This document shows positions 41,322-52,138 of a stretch of DNA of 64,000 nt, piece after piece. Each line of letters opens with the position of its first letter. Position 1 is the first letter of the stretch. The DNA is taken from the NCBI GenBank assembly GCA_963782465.1, contig CAWAJR010000002.1, positions 165,995 to 229,994 of the forward strand. Reading direction: 5' to 3'. Both the position numbers and the translations under genes were made by a program. The stretch comes from an uncultured Actinomycetes bacterium. GTDB taxonomy: Bacteria; Actinomycetota; Acidimicrobiia; IMCC26256; PALSA-610. The notes below the pieces were generated by a model, which searched no databases, was not told where the DNA came from, and saw nothing but the letters and a program-made list of their open reading frames with translations.

Positions 41322-41340
41322 GCGGTACTCGATTCGACGG

Positions 41341-41369
41341 GCCGGTCGGTCGGGTCGGGCCCGACCGGC
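41341..41369 (-). terminator. 9-bp GC stem-loop just downstream of rpmE
   Basis: The sequence gccggtcgg-(11 nt)-ccgaccggc lies between the rpmE stop (41379) and the DUF1385 start (41321). No U-tract follows. Confidence 0.3.
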
Positions 41370-41378
41370 ACCCGGCGC

Positions 41379-41624
41379 CTACTGCAGTTGCGACTTCTTC
41401 TTCGCCGCGGCGGCTGCGAGCTTCGTCGACTTCGCCTGCCGCTTGTTGAAACGCTCGACGCGGCCACCGGTGTCGACCAGCTTCTGTTTGCCGGTGTAGA
41501 AGGGGTGGCATTCGGAACAAAGTTCCACGCGCAGGCTGGGCACCGTGGAACGGGTGGTGAACTCGTTCCCGCACGAACAGTGCACGAGGCATTCGGTGTA
41601 CTGGGGGTGAATGTCGGTCTTCAT
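41379..41624 (-). CDS. rpmE: 50S ribosomal protein L31 (Zn-ribbon type A)
   Basis: [27 protein letters not shown]...[13 protein letters not shown], with the ATG at 41624. Confidence 0.95.
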   Translation of the reverse strand: MKTDIHPQYTECLVHCSCGNEFTTRSTVPSLRVELCSECHPFYTGKQKLVDTGGRVERFNKRQAKSTKLAAAAAKKKSQLQ

Positions 41625-41811
41625 CGGGGCTCCAGTGTAGGAGTCGGCAGCGAGCCGGTTTTCTTCGCGAATCGGAGGTATGTCGCCACGCCGGCGCGAG
41701 GAAAACGGGCGGGGTTGTCGGTAACACCGCCGGCAGCCGGGCAATTCCGGCCGGGCGGCGAAGCTCGACAGGCTAAACCATCCCGCCGCTCCGAGCGTTC
41801 CTGAGGCTGTC

Positions 41812-42324
41812 ATGACCGACTGCGACGCCTTCTGCCGCGATCTCGGTCCCCGGCTCGTGGGCTCGCTCCAGCTCTACTGCGGCGATCGCGCGACAGCCGA
41901 GGAACTGGCCCAGGAGGCCCTCGCCCGCGCCTTCGAGCGCTGGGACCGCGTCGGGACCATGGCCTCGCCCGAGGCCTGGACGTACCGGGTCGCGTTCAAC
42001 CTGGCGAAGTCGGGGATCCGGCGGCGGGCGGCCGAGCGGCGAGCGCACCGGCGCTGGCGTGCCGACCGGGTGATCGTGGCCGGCGAACCGTCGGCCGCGG
42101 CGGTCGCAGTGCGCGACGCCGTCGCCGCGCTCTCGCCCAAGCAGCGCGCGGTGATCATTGCCCGCTTCTACGGCGGGCTGTCGGTGAAGGAAACCGCGGT
42201 CGCGCTCGGCTGCGCGGAGGGAACGGTCAAGGCCCACACGCACCAGGCGGTCGCAAACCTGCGCGCCGCGGGTTTGTCGGACGTCGAACAGGAAGAGGTA
42301 ACGGTCGATGACCCGGTTGTCTGA
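41812..42324 (+). CDS. ECF-type RNA polymerase sigma factor
   Basis: Region 2 is [19 protein letters not shown]...[12 protein letters not shown]. Region 4 is [36 protein letters not shown]. Confidence 0.88.
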   Translation: MTDCDAFCRDLGPRLVGSLQLYCGDRATAEELAQEALARAFERWDRVGTMASPEAWTYRVAFNLAKSGIRRRAAERRAHRRWRADRVIVAGEPSAAAVAVRDAVAALSPKQRAVIIARFYGGLSVKETAVALGCAEGTVKAHTHQAVANLRAAGLSDVEQEEVTVDDPVV

Positions 42325-43512
42325 GGTGCTCGAGGACACGGTGCCGGTACGCGACCCGTCGTTCGGGTTCGACGAGGTCGTGGGACGGGCGCGGCGGCGG
42401 CAACGCCGCCGGCGCGCGGGCGCGGGTGGCGCGCTCCTCCTCGCGCTGGCGCTGGTCGTCGGTGTTGCCGCGCGCGACGCGAGCGGGTCGAAGCCGGCGA
42501 AGCAGATCCAAACCGTCGCGCCGCCTCCGTTGGCGCACGCGGTGTTCGGTGTGCGCACCGACACGACGTTGCTGTTCGACGCCGGCTCGAAGGGTGTCGT
42601 CGCGTTGAACCTCGACACCGGCACGCGAACCGCCCGCGCGCTGAAGGGTGCGCGTGCCGGCGACCAGCCGTACGTGCTCACCCGGATCGGCGAAGACATC
42701 GTCGCCGGTTGGGGCGAAGAGTGGGCCACGCCGCTTTCCGGTGCGGCCCGGCGCGCAAGATCGCCGACGCGACCATCTACGTTCCCGACACCGAACCCGA
42801 CCTGCTGTGGGCGATCAGTTACCCGGGCGGGGCCGACAGCCGGATCGGGAATGGCACACCGACGCTGCGCCTCCTCGCGACGAACGGCCAAACGCTCGCA
42901 GTCCGGAAAGGCCCCGCGCCGAGCGTCGGTACGCCGTTCATCGGGGTCGCGAAGCGAGTCGTGTTCGAGCTGGCCGGTGATCGCGGCCTCGCCGTCTGGG
43001 ACCCCTCGACCGGCAAGCTCGGCGCGGCGTTCGGCGGCACCGGCGCGCAGACCGGCGACACTCGCGGACGGCTGCTGTCGTGGTGCGACGGCACGTGCGG
43101 CACGATCCATTTCACCGACGTCACCACGGGCGCCGACATCACGGTCGCGCTCCCCGACGGGCTGAAGGCGACGCGCCTGTTGAGGTCACGCTTCTCGCCC
43201 GGCTTCGGCGATCTTGCGGTCCCCGTGAGCGGCGGCGTCGTGCTCGTCGACCCGGGCAGCCGCAGCGCGAAGCTCGTGCTGAAGACGAGTTCCCACGGCT
43301 TCCCGTCGGTCGCCTGGTCGCCCGACAGTTCGCAACTCTTCGTGAGCAACTTCGCGACGACCGGTGGCGGTGCCGGCTACGAGACCTACAACGGCGAGAT
43401 CGGCCGCTGGGACCGCACCAGCGACAAGGCGTCGTACGCGCGCGTGACCGCGCCGCTCGGGAACGCAACCGTCGCGATCACCAACGACGAGGCTCGCACC
43501 TTCCTCCGTTGA
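42308..43512 (+). CDS. Putative anti-sigma / membrane-anchored beta-propeller-like protein; frame broken by a 1-nt indel near 42742
   Basis: It overlaps the sigma gene 3' end and has a short cytoplasmic N-terminus, an RRRQRRRR segment with a TM helix, then an extracytoplasmic domain (…WSPDSSQLFV…). The halves lie in ORFs 42308.. and 42709... Confidence 0.55.
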
Positions 43513-43515
43513 ACT

Positions 43516-43565
43516 CGTTTTGATGAACCCCGGGCGCCCTCAAGCGCGCTTTCGGTACATCAAAA
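43516..43565. terminator. Stem-loop (gttttgatg / catcaaaac, 9-bp A/T-containing stem, 32-nt loop) between the convergent anti-sigma and rho genes
   Basis: Read directly. It occupies most of the 59-nt convergent spacer. Confidence 0.3.
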
Positions 43566-43571
43566 CGGGTG

Positions 43572-45392
43572 TCAGGTGCCCATTCCGGCGGGGGCTTTGG
43601 CGATCTCGCTGAGGAACTGGTCGTTGCTCTTCGTGGTGCGGATCTTGTCGATCAGCAGTTCGAGGCCCGAACCACCCTCGAGCGCGTTGAGGACGCGACG
43701 CAACTTCCACACCTGCTGCAACGACATGCGATCGAAGAGCAGTTCTTCGTGGCGGGTGCTCGACGCTTCCACGTCGATCGCCGGGTAGATCCGGCGTTCG
43801 GCGAGGCGACGGTCGAGGCGCAACTCCATGTTGCCGGTGCCCTTGAACTCCTCGAAGATCACTTCGTCCATCTTCGAGCCGGTCTCGATCAACGCCGTCG
43901 CGATGATCGTGAGCGAGCCACCCTCTTCGATGTTGCGCGCGGCACCGAAGAACTTCTTCGGCGGGTAGAGCGCCGAAGAGTCGACCCCACCCGACATGAT
44001 CCGGCCCGACGCGGGCGCCGCGAGGTTGTACGCGCGGGCCAGGCGGGTGATGCCGTCGAGCACGATCACGACATCGCGCCCGAGCTCGACCAAACGCTTC
44101 GCGCGGTCGATCGTGAGCTCGGCGACCTGGGTGTGCTCGTCGGAGGGGCGGTCGAACGTCGACGCGACCACTTCCCCGTTTTGCACGTGGCGGCGCATGT
44201 CGGTGACCTCTTCGGGGCGCTCGTCGACGAGCAACACCATGAGGTGCACTTCGGGGTTGTTGCGTTCGATCGCGTACACGATCTGCTTCAAGATCGTGGT
44301 CTTGCCGGCTTTGGGCGGCGACACGATGAGGCCGCGCTGGCCCTTGCCGATCGGTGCGATCAAGTCGATGATGCGGCCGGTGTTCTCCGTCGGGTTGTCG
44401 GGCAATTCGAGCCGCAGCCGTTCGTCGGGGAACAGCGGTGTGAGATCTTCGAACCGAACCCGGTTGCGAGCCTCGTCGGGAGTCATGTCGTTGATGAAGT
44501 CGACGCGCATGAGCGCCGGGTACTTCTCGCTGCTCGCGGGTGGGCGGGTCGCGCCTTTCACGTAGTCGCCCTTGCGCAGGCTGAACCGCCGGACCTGCGA
44601 CGCCGACACGTACGCGTCGTTGCGACCGGGCAGGTAACCGGTGGCGCGCAGGAAGCCGTAACCCTCGTCGCGCAGGTCGAGCAGACCTTCGATCTCGATC
44701 GGTTCGCCCGCGAAGTCGTCCTGCCGCGGTTCGTTGCGCCCGCCGGCGCTCGCGCCGGGCTGTCCCGACGCGCCCCCGTCGCGGTCGCGGTCGCGGCCGC
44801 GGCGACGGCGGCGACGGCGGTTGCCTTGCCCGTCGTCTTCGCCGCGATCGCGCCATTGCGGCTGCGACTGCTGACTCGTGTCGCCCTCGGTCGCGCCGGC
44901 GCCGCCCGTTGGTTGCGCCGCCGGAGCGGAACCGTTCGCGGTTGCCGGCTCGCTCGTACTGGTGTGCTCGTCGGTGGTCGTGGCCGAGGCCGGCGCGCTC
45001 CCGCGCGCATCGGCCGGCTCGCTCCCGCCTTCGCCGGCCGAGTGGCCCGAAGCGCCGTTCGGACGCGAGATCCGGCGAGGGCGGATCAACGCCATGTCGT
45101 CGGTGCTGCCGGGCGCGGCATCGAGCGCGTTCTGCTCGGCGGCCAGGGCATCGAGATCGTCTTCGCCCGCGGCGCGCGTCGAACGGATCTTGCGCGGCTT
45201 GGGCGCTTCGTCGGTGCGTTCGGACGCGCCGTTGCTGCTCCGGTCACCCTTCGATGCCGCGTTGACGATCGCGTCGATGAGATCGGCCTTCTTCATGCGG
45301 CTGATCGACTTCAGGCCGATGGCCGCGGCGATGGCCGTCAGCTGCTCCCGGTCCTTCCCGTCCAACTGTGAACGGTCGAAGGTCTGGCTCAT
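43572..45392 (-). CDS. rho: Transcription termination factor Rho with a long actinobacterial-type N-terminal insertion
   Basis: The ATPase core carries [15 protein letters not shown]. The RNA-binding domain follows a roughly 200 aa Arg/Gly/Asp/Ser-rich insertion (..[17 protein letters not shown]..). Confidence 0.96.
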   Translation of the reverse strand: MSQTFDRSQLDGKDREQLTAIAAAIGLKSISRMKKADLIDAIVNAASKGDRSSNGASERTDEAPKPRKIRSTRAAGEDDLDALAAEQNALDAAPGSTDDMALIRPRRISRPNGASGHSAGEGGSEPADARGSAPASATTTDEHTSTSEPATANGSAPAAQPTGGAGATEGDTSQQSQPQWRDRGEDDGQGNRRRRRRRGRDRDRDGGASGQPGASAGGRNEPRQDDFAGEPIEIEGLLDLRDEGYGFLRATGYLPGRNDAYVSASQVRRFSLRKGDYVKGATRPPASSEKYPALMRVDFINDMTPDEARNRVRFEDLTPLFPDERLRLELPDNPTENTGRIIDLIAPIGKGQRGLIVSPPKAGKTTILKQIVYAIERNNPEVHLMVLLVDERPEEVTDMRRHVQNGEVVASTFDRPSDEHTQVAELTIDRAKRLVELGRDVVIVLDGITRLARAYNLAAPASGRIMSGGVDSSALYPPKKFFGAARNIEEGGSLTIIATALIETGSKMDEVIFEEFKGTGNMELRLDRRLAERRIYPAIDVEASSTRHEELLFDRMSLQQVWKLRRVLNALEGGSGLELLIDKIRTTKSNDQFLSEIAKAPAGMGT

Positions 45393-45616
45393 GAGTCGCT
45401 CCTCCCGGCGGCGCGGTTGGGAAACGCCACCGGTGCGGGTGATGGTGAAAAAGTTGCCAAGCGGCGGCCGCGGAACCCGGTGCCCTGCACCGACCGACGC
45501 AAACCCTCACCGAGCCGACCTCGGGACCGCTCGCGCGCCAGACGTGACCGGGATCGAGGTGGGGTGCCCGTCGGGGTTCGGCGGTGCCTGCCCAGCCGGG
45601 ACTCGAGGGATCAGCT

Positions 45617-46818
45617 TTATGTTACACGGTCCGAGCGTGCGGTCGCGCCCCGGGGGCGCAGCAGCGACGCCATCAGACCGTGCGCTGCGACGGGCGGGCA
45701 CCCGGCCGTGGCGGCTTCGTCGTAGCGGCCGCCCGCCGCGTCGAGGGTCGAGTCGAAGAGGAGGTAGGGCACCGTCGACGCGGTGTGCGTCTTGATCGCG
45801 CACGGCGTGGCGTGGTCGGGCAACAGCAGCAAGCGGTACGGCTCGCCGGCCGCGTCGAGTGCGTCGACGACGGGCCGATCACGTCGCGATCCCAGCGTTC
45901 GAGCGCGTCGACCTTCACGTCGACACGACCTTGATGACCGGCTTCGTCGGTCGCCTCGATGTGCAGCACGAACAAATCGCGGTCGGCGAGGGAATCGAGG
46001 CATGCGTCGCGTTGCGCGGCATAGTCGTTGTCGAAACCGGCTGTCGCGGTCGGGACGTCGACCACGTCGATCCCGGTGAGCACGCCGAGCCCTTGCACGA
46101 GGTCGACGGCCGATGTCATACGACCGGCGACGCCGTAGGTCGTTTCGAACCGAGGGAGCTGCGGCTTGACGCCTTGGCCCCACAACCAGATCTGTGTCGC
46201 GGGACAACCGACCGCGGGGGCGACACCGCCGACGACGTCGCGTGACGCGTCCATGAGCGCGCGTACCAACGTCGACGCCGGGCCGGTCGGGAAGACTGCC
46301 GGCTGCCCGGTGAGATCGTGCGGCGGTGTGCACTGCGCGTCGGCCCACGCCGACGGCACGACACAGAGATGCCGGTACTCGACACCCGCGTGAAAGCGAA
46401 CGCCGTCGCGACCGTTGCCGAGCGCCGCGTCGAGCGCGGCGACGATCGCATGGCTCTGCTCGTTCGTCGGATGACCGGCGGCGAAGTCGATCATGGTCGG
46501 CGGGTCGTCGTCGGACAGGGTCACGAGGTTGCAGCGGTACGCAACCTCGTCGGGGCGAAGATCGACACCCATCGCGGCGGCCTCGATCGGCGCGCGACCG
46601 GTGTGATAGCGGGCCGGGTCGTAGCCGAGAATCGCCATGTTCCCGACGTCGCTCCCGGGTGGGAGGCCGGGCGGGATCACCTCGGCCCGGCCGACCTCAG
46701 CGCGCGTGGCAAGCGCGGCGAGGCGTGGCATCCGGGCGGCTTCGAGCGGCGTGCGACCGGCGAGCTCGGCGAGGGGTTCGTCGGCACAACCGTCGGGAAC
46801 GAACACGAGGTACTTCAC
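45617..46818 (-). CDS. Cofactor-independent phosphoglycerate mutase (ApgM)-like protein of the 'proposed homoserine kinase' type; frame broken by a 1-nt indel near 45870
   Basis: MKYLVFVPDGCADEPLAELAGRTPLEAARMP...GSDVGNMAILGYDP... and HIEATDEAGHQG are present. The C-terminal half PVVDALDAAGEPYRLLLLPDHATPC..TVPYLLF is in the neighbouring frame. Confidence 0.75.
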
Positions 46819-46860
46819 GGCGCGGCATCGTAGGCACGAAGGGCCGTTAGGTTGCGATGG

Positions 46861-48095
46861 ATGCGCCCCGCAACGAGGTTCGGTCCGGTGGCGGTCGCGG
46901 CGGCGGTCCTCGCGTTCGTTGCGGCGGCGTGCGGGGGAACCGGCAAGGGCCCGATTCGAGTGCGAGCCGCCCGCCCACGTCGGTTGTTCCCACCACCACT
47001 ACCGCGGCCGGTTCCGGCACGACGGCGAACGCGACGTCGCCCGACCTCGCCGCGGTGCGGCTGAAACTCACCGCGGTCGCGCGGAACCTCAACCGGCCCG
47101 TCGCGCTCGCGGTGCGCAACGGCGACGGCGCGCTCTACATCGCGGAGCAGACCGGGCGGATCGTGACGGTGTCGAGCGGCACGACCGGGCCCGTCCCGGT
47201 ACTCGACATCCACGACGAGGTGAGCGACGGCAACGAGCAAGGGCTGCTCGGCATCACGTTCTCCCCCGACGGTTCAGTGTGTTACATCGACTTCACCGAT
47301 ACGAAAGGGAACACGCACGTGCAAGCGCTGCCGATGCGAGGACGCGTCGCGCAGAAGGCACAGCGCCGGGAACTGCTCGAGGTCAACCAGCCGTACTCGA
47401 ACCACAACGGCGGCGAGCTGACGATCGGGCCCGACGGCATGCTCTACATCGGGCTCGGCGACGGCGGGAGTGCGGGCGACCCGCACGGCAACGGCCAGAA
47501 CCTCGGCACGTTGCTCGCGAAGATCCTGCGTATCAACCCCGCCGCGAGCGGCAGCGCCGCGTACTCCGTGCCTTCCGACAACCCGTACGTCGACGACCGT
47601 GACGCACGCCCCGAAACGTGGATGTGGGGGTTGCGCAACCCGTGGCGCTTCTCGTTCGACCGCTCGACCGGCGACGTGTGGATCGGCGACGTCGGGCAGA
47701 ACGCGTTCGAGGAGATCGATGAAGCGCCCGCGGGCGCGAGCGGCATCAACTGGGGTTGGAGCCAACGCGAGGGTGACCACGACTACAAGGGCGCGGAACC
47801 GCCGGGCGCCCGCGACCCGATCATCGAACGAAGCCATCAGGAAGGGTTCTGCGCAATCGTCGGCGGTTACGTGTACCGCGGCCGTGCTATTCCCGAACTC
47901 GACGGCGCGTACCTCTACTCCGACAACTGCCTCGGCAAGGTGTTCGGCGCGGTGCAACGCAACGGGAGCATCGTCGAAACCCGCGACCTCGGCATCAAGG
48001 CGAACGGCGTGACGTCGTTCGGTGAGGACGCGAACGGCGAGTTGTACGTACTCGACCTCGGCGGCACCGTCTCCCGCATCGACGTGCGTCGATAG
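46861..48095 (+). CDS. Lipoprotein, PQQ-dependent sugar (glucose/sorbosone) dehydrogenase family; frame broken by a 1-nt indel near 46950
   Basis: The lipobox signal MRPATRFGPVAVAAAVLAFVAAAC is in the 46852 frame. The catalytic propeller (NEQGLLGITFSPDG, HNGGELTIGPDGMLYIGLGDGG, GLRNPWRFSFD) is in the 46857 frame. Confidence 0.8.
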
Positions 48096-48122
48096 CTATC
48101 GCTATGCGATAGCTATCGACGC
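48086..48122. repeat. 37-nt perfect palindrome (17-bp arms, TAT loop), copy 1 of 2
   Basis: gcgtcgatagctatcgc-tat-gcgatagctatcgacgc is identical to 56857..56893. It contains the last two Arg codons and the TAG of the dehydrogenase gene, and ends 3 nt before the SDR stop. Confidence 0.95.
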
Positions 48123-48125
48123 CTG

Positions 48126-48935
48126 TCACTGGCGGCGGAGAATCGATCCGGAGATGCGACGGGTGATGACGCTCGGGGTCGCGTTGCTGAAGGCGTTGGC
48201 GACCTTGTTCAACGGGCCCGGCACGCAGACCGCACGCCCCTTCTCCAGCGCGGCGAGCGCTTCGGCCGTGACCTGATCGGCGGTCTGCCACAGGAACCCG
48301 GGCATCTGCGCGCCCTCGAAGCCCGAACGGTCCTGGAACTCGGTGCGCGTGAACCCGGGGCAGAGCACGGTGACCTTCACGCCGGCGTTCTTCAGTTCGT
48401 CGTGCAGTGCCTCGGTGAAGCTGCTGACGAAGGCTTTCGTCGCCGCGTAGGTCGCGTTGCCGGGGACCGGTTGGGCCGCGGCCAGCGACGACACGTTGAG
48501 GATCGCGCCGTTGCCGCGGCCGACCATCGCGTTCGCGGCGGCATGCGACAACCGCATGAGCGCGACGACGTTGAGCTGCACCTCACGCACCTCGTTGTCG
48601 ATCGGCAGCTCGTGGAAGCGGCCGAACGAGCCGAAACCGGCATTGTTGATCAGCACGTCGACCTGGGGCTCGGACCGCAATCGTTCCTCGACGACCGCGA
48701 GTTGTTCGGGGACCGTGAGGTCGGCGGTGAGCACTTCGGTGCTGATCTCGTGCTCCTGCTCGAGTTGTTTGGCGAGCGCATCGAGGCGCGCCGTATCGCG
48801 CGCGACGAGCACGAGGTCGTGACCCTTGCGCGCGAGAAGTTGGGCGAACGATTGGCCGATCCCGGCGGACGCGCCGGTGACGAGGGCGAGCGGCCGCGCG
48901 CGACGCGACCCGACGACCGTGAGACCTGTGCTCAT
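48126..48935 (-). CDS. Short-chain dehydrogenase/reductase (SDR)
   Basis: TGASAGIG, NNAG and YAATK motifs are present. Confidence 0.88.
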   Translation of the reverse strand: MSTGLTVVGSRRARPLALVTGASAGIGQSFAQLLARKGHDLVLVARDTARLDALAKQLEQEHEISTEVLTADLTVPEQLAVVEERLRSEPQVDVLINNAGFGSFGRFHELPIDNEVREVQLNVVALMRLSHAAANAMVGRGNGAILNVSSLAAAQPVPGNATYAATKAFVSSFTEALHDELKNAGVKVTVLCPGFTRTEFQDRSGFEGAQMPGFLWQTADQVTAEALAALEKGRAVCVPGPLNKVANAFSNATPSVITRRISGSILRRQ

Positions 48936-48944
48936 GAGTGCTCC

Positions 48945-49703
48945 TCAGATACCGACCGCGGCGCCCCGGCGCGCGGCATCTTGCGCGCCCGACACGACCG
49001 CCGCACTCGGGGTGGACGCCACGAGTTTGCCCTTCACGACGATCCTTTGCGCTGCGCTGTGCTTGGGATGGCACGCGATCAGCGTCATCGTCGGCTGGTC
49101 GGTCGGGTCGATGACCCACATGTCGGTGGGCTTCACGATCTGGGTCCCGGTCACCGCGTAGGTGAACGTGCCGTCGTGCATGTGGAAGATCACCGTGTCG
49201 CCCGGCGCGAGCAGGTCGAGGTTGAGGAACGGGTGCGTATGGGTGACCCGGTGGCCGGGGAAGACCGCGTTGCCCCGATGGCCGGGCATCGCGCTCCCCG
49301 GCCAGTGGCCGGGACCATGGTCGATCACGGTGAGCGTGATGCCTTCGTAGATGGGGTGCACGAGGCCGATCTTCGGGATCTCGATCGTGCCGATCTGGGT
49401 CACCGCGACGTTGGCGTACGGATCGGCGGGCGTCCGGTCGGGCACCGGGAGCGGTTCGGTGGTGGTGCTGACCCGACGATGCACGCTCGCGGGGAGCGTG
49501 GCAGTGGTCGTCGTCGTGGCCGCGGCGCCCACCAACGCGGGATCGTCGTCGCGCCCCGGACGATTGCGCGCGTCGGCGCGGTTCATGACGATCGCGGTCG
49601 ACGTGCAGGCACCCGCGATCACGACGAGGCTCAGCGCGTACAGACCGCGCCGGCGGTACCGGCGGCGGCGTGACCGCGACCGATGTCTCGACGGTTCGCT
49701 CAC
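48945..49703 (-). CDS. Sortase family transpeptidase
   Basis: An N-terminal TM anchor is followed by His in VFPGHRVTH, Cys in TMTLIACHP and Arg in QRIVVKG. The GTG at 49703 overlaps the thrC stop (GTGA). Confidence 0.8.
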   Translation of the reverse strand: MSEPSRHRSRSRRRRYRRRGLYALSLVVIAGACTSTAIVMNRADARNRPGRDDDPALVGAAATTTTTATLPASVHRRVSTTTEPLPVPDRTPADPYANVAVTQIGTIEIPKIGLVHPIYEGITLTVIDHGPGHWPGSAMPGHRGNAVFPGHRVTHTHPFLNLDLLAPGDTVIFHMHDGTFTYAVTGTQIVKPTDMWVIDPTDQPTMTLIACHPKHSAAQRIVVKGKLVASTPSAAVVSGAQDAARRGAAVGI

Positions 49704-50764
49704 AAGCCGAGTTCTCGCAACACCGACTCGACGTCGGCATCCACCGCGTCGCCCGTCTCCACTTCGGCGATCGCGCGGTTCGGGTCCTTCAACCCGTGCC
49801 CGGTGACGGTGCAGACCACCCGTTCACCCGGCTCGACGAGACCCTCCGCCGCGCCTTTGAGCAGCCCTGCGACCGACGACGCCGACGCCGGCTCGACGAA
49901 CACACCTTCGAGCGACGCGAGCAGCCGGTAGGCCTCGAGGATTTCCGCGTCGGTGACGGCACTGATCGCGCCGCCCGACTCGTCGCGGGCGTCGATCGCG
50001 CCTTGCCACGACGCGGGGTTCCCGATGCGGATCGCGGTCGCGATCGTCTCCGGGTGCAACACGGGTTCGCCGAGCACCAGGGGCGCCGAACCGGACGCCT
50101 GCCAGCCGAGCATCCGCGGCAGTTTCGTGGTGAGCCCGTCGGTGTTGTACTCGCGGTAACCCCGCCAGTACGCGGTGATGTTCCCGGCGTTGCCGACCGG
50201 GAGGCAATGCACGTCGGGTGCGTCGCCGAGCACGTCGCAGATCTCGAACGAGGCGGTCTTCTGCCCTTCGATCCGGTACGGGTTGATCGAGTTCACCACG
50301 GTCACGCCGCCGCGCTCACCGAGTTGGCGCACCAGCATGAGCGCGTCGTCGAAGCTGCCCCGCACCTGCACGATGCGCGCGCCGTGGATCAGCGCCTGGG
50401 CGAGCTTGCCCAACGCGACATGCCCTTCGGGGATCACGACCGCAGCCGTCAGCCCGGCGCGCGCCGCGTAGGCGGCCGCCGACGCGGAGGTGTTGCCCGT
50501 CGAGGCGCACACCACGACCTTCGCGCCTTCCTCGACGGCTTTCGACATCGCCATCGTCATCCCGCGGTCCTTGAACGAACCGGTCGGGTTGGCGCCTTCC
50601 ACCTTCAGCCACACCTGCGCGTCGACCCGTTCCGAGAGTCGCGGCGCTTCGAGGAGTGGAGTGCCACCCTCGTAGAGCGTGACGACAGGAGTGCCGGCCG
50701 ATACCGGCAGGCGATCGCGGTACGCCTCGATCACGCCGGGCCACTGCGTCGCTCGTGTCGTCAT
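49700..50764 (-). CDS. thrC: Threonine synthase
   Basis: The PLP lysine motif is in [12 protein letters not shown]. The protein has a full-length short-form ThrC layout. Its start overlaps the hom stop. Confidence 0.95.
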   Translation of the reverse strand: MTTRATQWPGVIEAYRDRLPVSAGTPVVTLYEGGTPLLEAPRLSERVDAQVWLKVEGANPTGSFKDRGMTMAMSKAVEEGAKVVVCASTGNTSASAAAYAARAGLTAAVVIPEGHVALGKLAQALIHGARIVQVRGSFDDALMLVRQLGERGGVTVVNSINPYRIEGQKTASFEICDVLGDAPDVHCLPVGNAGNITAYWRGYREYNTDGLTTKLPRMLGWQASGSAPLVLGEPVLHPETIATAIRIGNPASWQGAIDARDESGGAISAVTDAEILEAYRLLASLEGVFVEPASASSVAGLLKGAAEGLVEPGERVVCTVTGHGLKDPNRAIAEVETGDAVDADVESVLRELGL

Positions 50765-52062
50765 TCTTCGCCTCCGACCACTCGGAGCACCGAGCCCGCG
50801 TGCTTCACGATGTCGAGCTCGCGCACATCGTGCATCGTCGCCCGCAAGTCGGCTTCTCGCGCGAGGTGCGTCACGAAGATCAACCGGGCTTCGTCGCCCT
50901 TACCCTTTTGTTGCATCGACTGGATGGACACGCCGTGCCGTCCGAACTCCCCTGCGATCGTTGCCAGCACACCGGGACGGTCGAGCGCGTCGAGCGTCAC
51001 GTAGAACTGCGACTCAATATCGTCAATCGGCCGGATCGGTTTGCGGGTGAGCGTGCCGAACGTCGCGCCCCGCCCGCCCGAATGCAGGTTCTTCACCGCG
51101 TCGATGAGATCGCCGAGCACCGCGGAGGCGGTCGGCCCGCCGCCGGCGCCCCGGCCCAGCAGCATCAACTGCCCGACGGCGTCACCCTCGATGAACACCG
51201 CGTTGAAAGAACCACGCACCGTGGCCAACGGGTGGTCCTTCGGGACCATGGCCGGGTGGACGCGCACCGCCACCGCGCCCTCGTGCTCCTCCGCCACCGC
51301 CAGCAGCTTCACCACGTAGCCGAGCTCGGCGGCGGCGGCGATGTCGTCGGCGGTGACGGCGACGATCCCTTCCCGGTACACGTCGCCCGCGACCACGTTG
51401 GCGCCGAACGCGATCGAACCGATGATCGACGCCTTGGCCGCCGCGTCATAGCCCTCGATGTCGGCCGTGGGATCGCGTTCGGCGTAGCCGAGGCGTTGCG
51501 CCTCGCCGAGCGCGTCGGCGAACGACGAACCCTCTTCCGACATCTTGCTCAGGATGTAGTTGGTGGTGCCGTTCACGATGCCCATGACGCGGGTGATCCG
51601 CTCGCCGGCGAGCGACTCGCGCAACGGCCGGATCAGCGGGATCCCACCCGCGACCGACGCCTCGAAAAGCAGATCGACACCGGCCGTTTCCGCCGCTTCG
51701 AACAGTTCCATCCCGACGTTCGCGAGTAATTCCTTGTTGCCCGTCACCACCGGCTTGCCGGCCTTCAGCGCGGCGAGGATCAACGAGCGCGCCGGTTCGA
51801 TCCCGCCGATCAACTCGACGACGACATCGACGGCCGGGTCGTTCACCACCGACTCGGCGTCGTTGGTGAACACCTCCGGCGGAAGGTCGACATCGCGTTC
51901 CTTGGCCAGGTTGTGCACCGCGACCCGGCTGATCTCGATCTCGACACCGGTACGCGCCCGGATGAGGTCGGCGTTGCGCGACAGGAGCTGCACGAGCGGG
52001 GCACCGACGTGCCCGCAACCGAGGAGCCCGACGCGTACCGGGTGATCGGACGAGGAAGCCAT
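50761..52062 (-). CDS. hom: Homoserine dehydrogenase
   Basis: [10 protein letters not shown] forms the Rossmann motif, a central catalytic domain follows, and the C-terminus is ACT-like ([22 protein letters not shown]). Confidence 0.95.
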   Translation of the reverse strand: MASSSDHPVRVGLLGCGHVGAPLVQLLSRNADLIRARTGVEIEISRVAVHNLAKERDVDLPPEVFTNDAESVVNDPAVDVVVELIGGIEPARSLILAALKAGKPVVTGNKELLANVGMELFEAAETAGVDLLFEASVAGGIPLIRPLRESLAGERITRVMGIVNGTTNYILSKMSEEGSSFADALGEAQRLGYAERDPTADIEGYDAAAKASIIGSIAFGANVVAGDVYREGIVAVTADDIAAAAELGYVVKLLAVAEEHEGAVAVRVHPAMVPKDHPLATVRGSFNAVFIEGDAVGQLMLLGRGAGGGPTASAVLGDLIDAVKNLHSGGRGATFGTLTRKPIRPIDDIESQFYVTLDALDRPGVLATIAGEFGRHGVSIQSMQQKGKGDEARLIFVTHLAREADLRATMHDVRELDIVKHAGSVLRVVGGEE

Positions 52063-52074
52063 CAGGTCACAGTC

Positions 52075-52138
52075 TCGCGAACCCGACCCGTTTTGTTCGC
52101 GTCAAGAAGGCGCTTCACCTCAAATTCGCGAACAAAAC
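52075..52138 (-). promoter_or_regulatory. hom leader with three TCGCGAAC/GTTCGCGA elements able to form two mutually exclusive hairpins
   Basis: 52090..52101 (gttttgttcgcg) pairs with 52127..52138 (cgcgaacaaaac) over 12 bp. Alternatively 52076..52082 pairs with 52095..52101 over 7 bp. The element ends 13 nt before the hom ATG. Confidence 0.4.

Noticed and set aside
41625-41811. An ECF-sigma autoregulatory promoter (GGAAC...CGTT type) in the rpmE / sigma divergent spacer.
   Set aside because: I could not find a convincing pair of -35 and -10 elements at the right spacing by eye. Weak matches such as GGAAAAC are not enough.
45393-45616. The long rho 5' leader could be a structured regulatory RNA or riboswitch.
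   Set aside because: Long leaders are normal for autoregulated rho genes. I saw no clear conserved-looking stems, and no riboswitch consensus was recognisable by eye.
52062-52118. An 18-codon uORF in the hom leader acting as a Thr-attenuator leader peptide.
   Set aside because: The GTG start has no properly spaced ribosome-binding site and only 3 of 18 codons are Thr. It is mentioned in the finding but not called as a feature.
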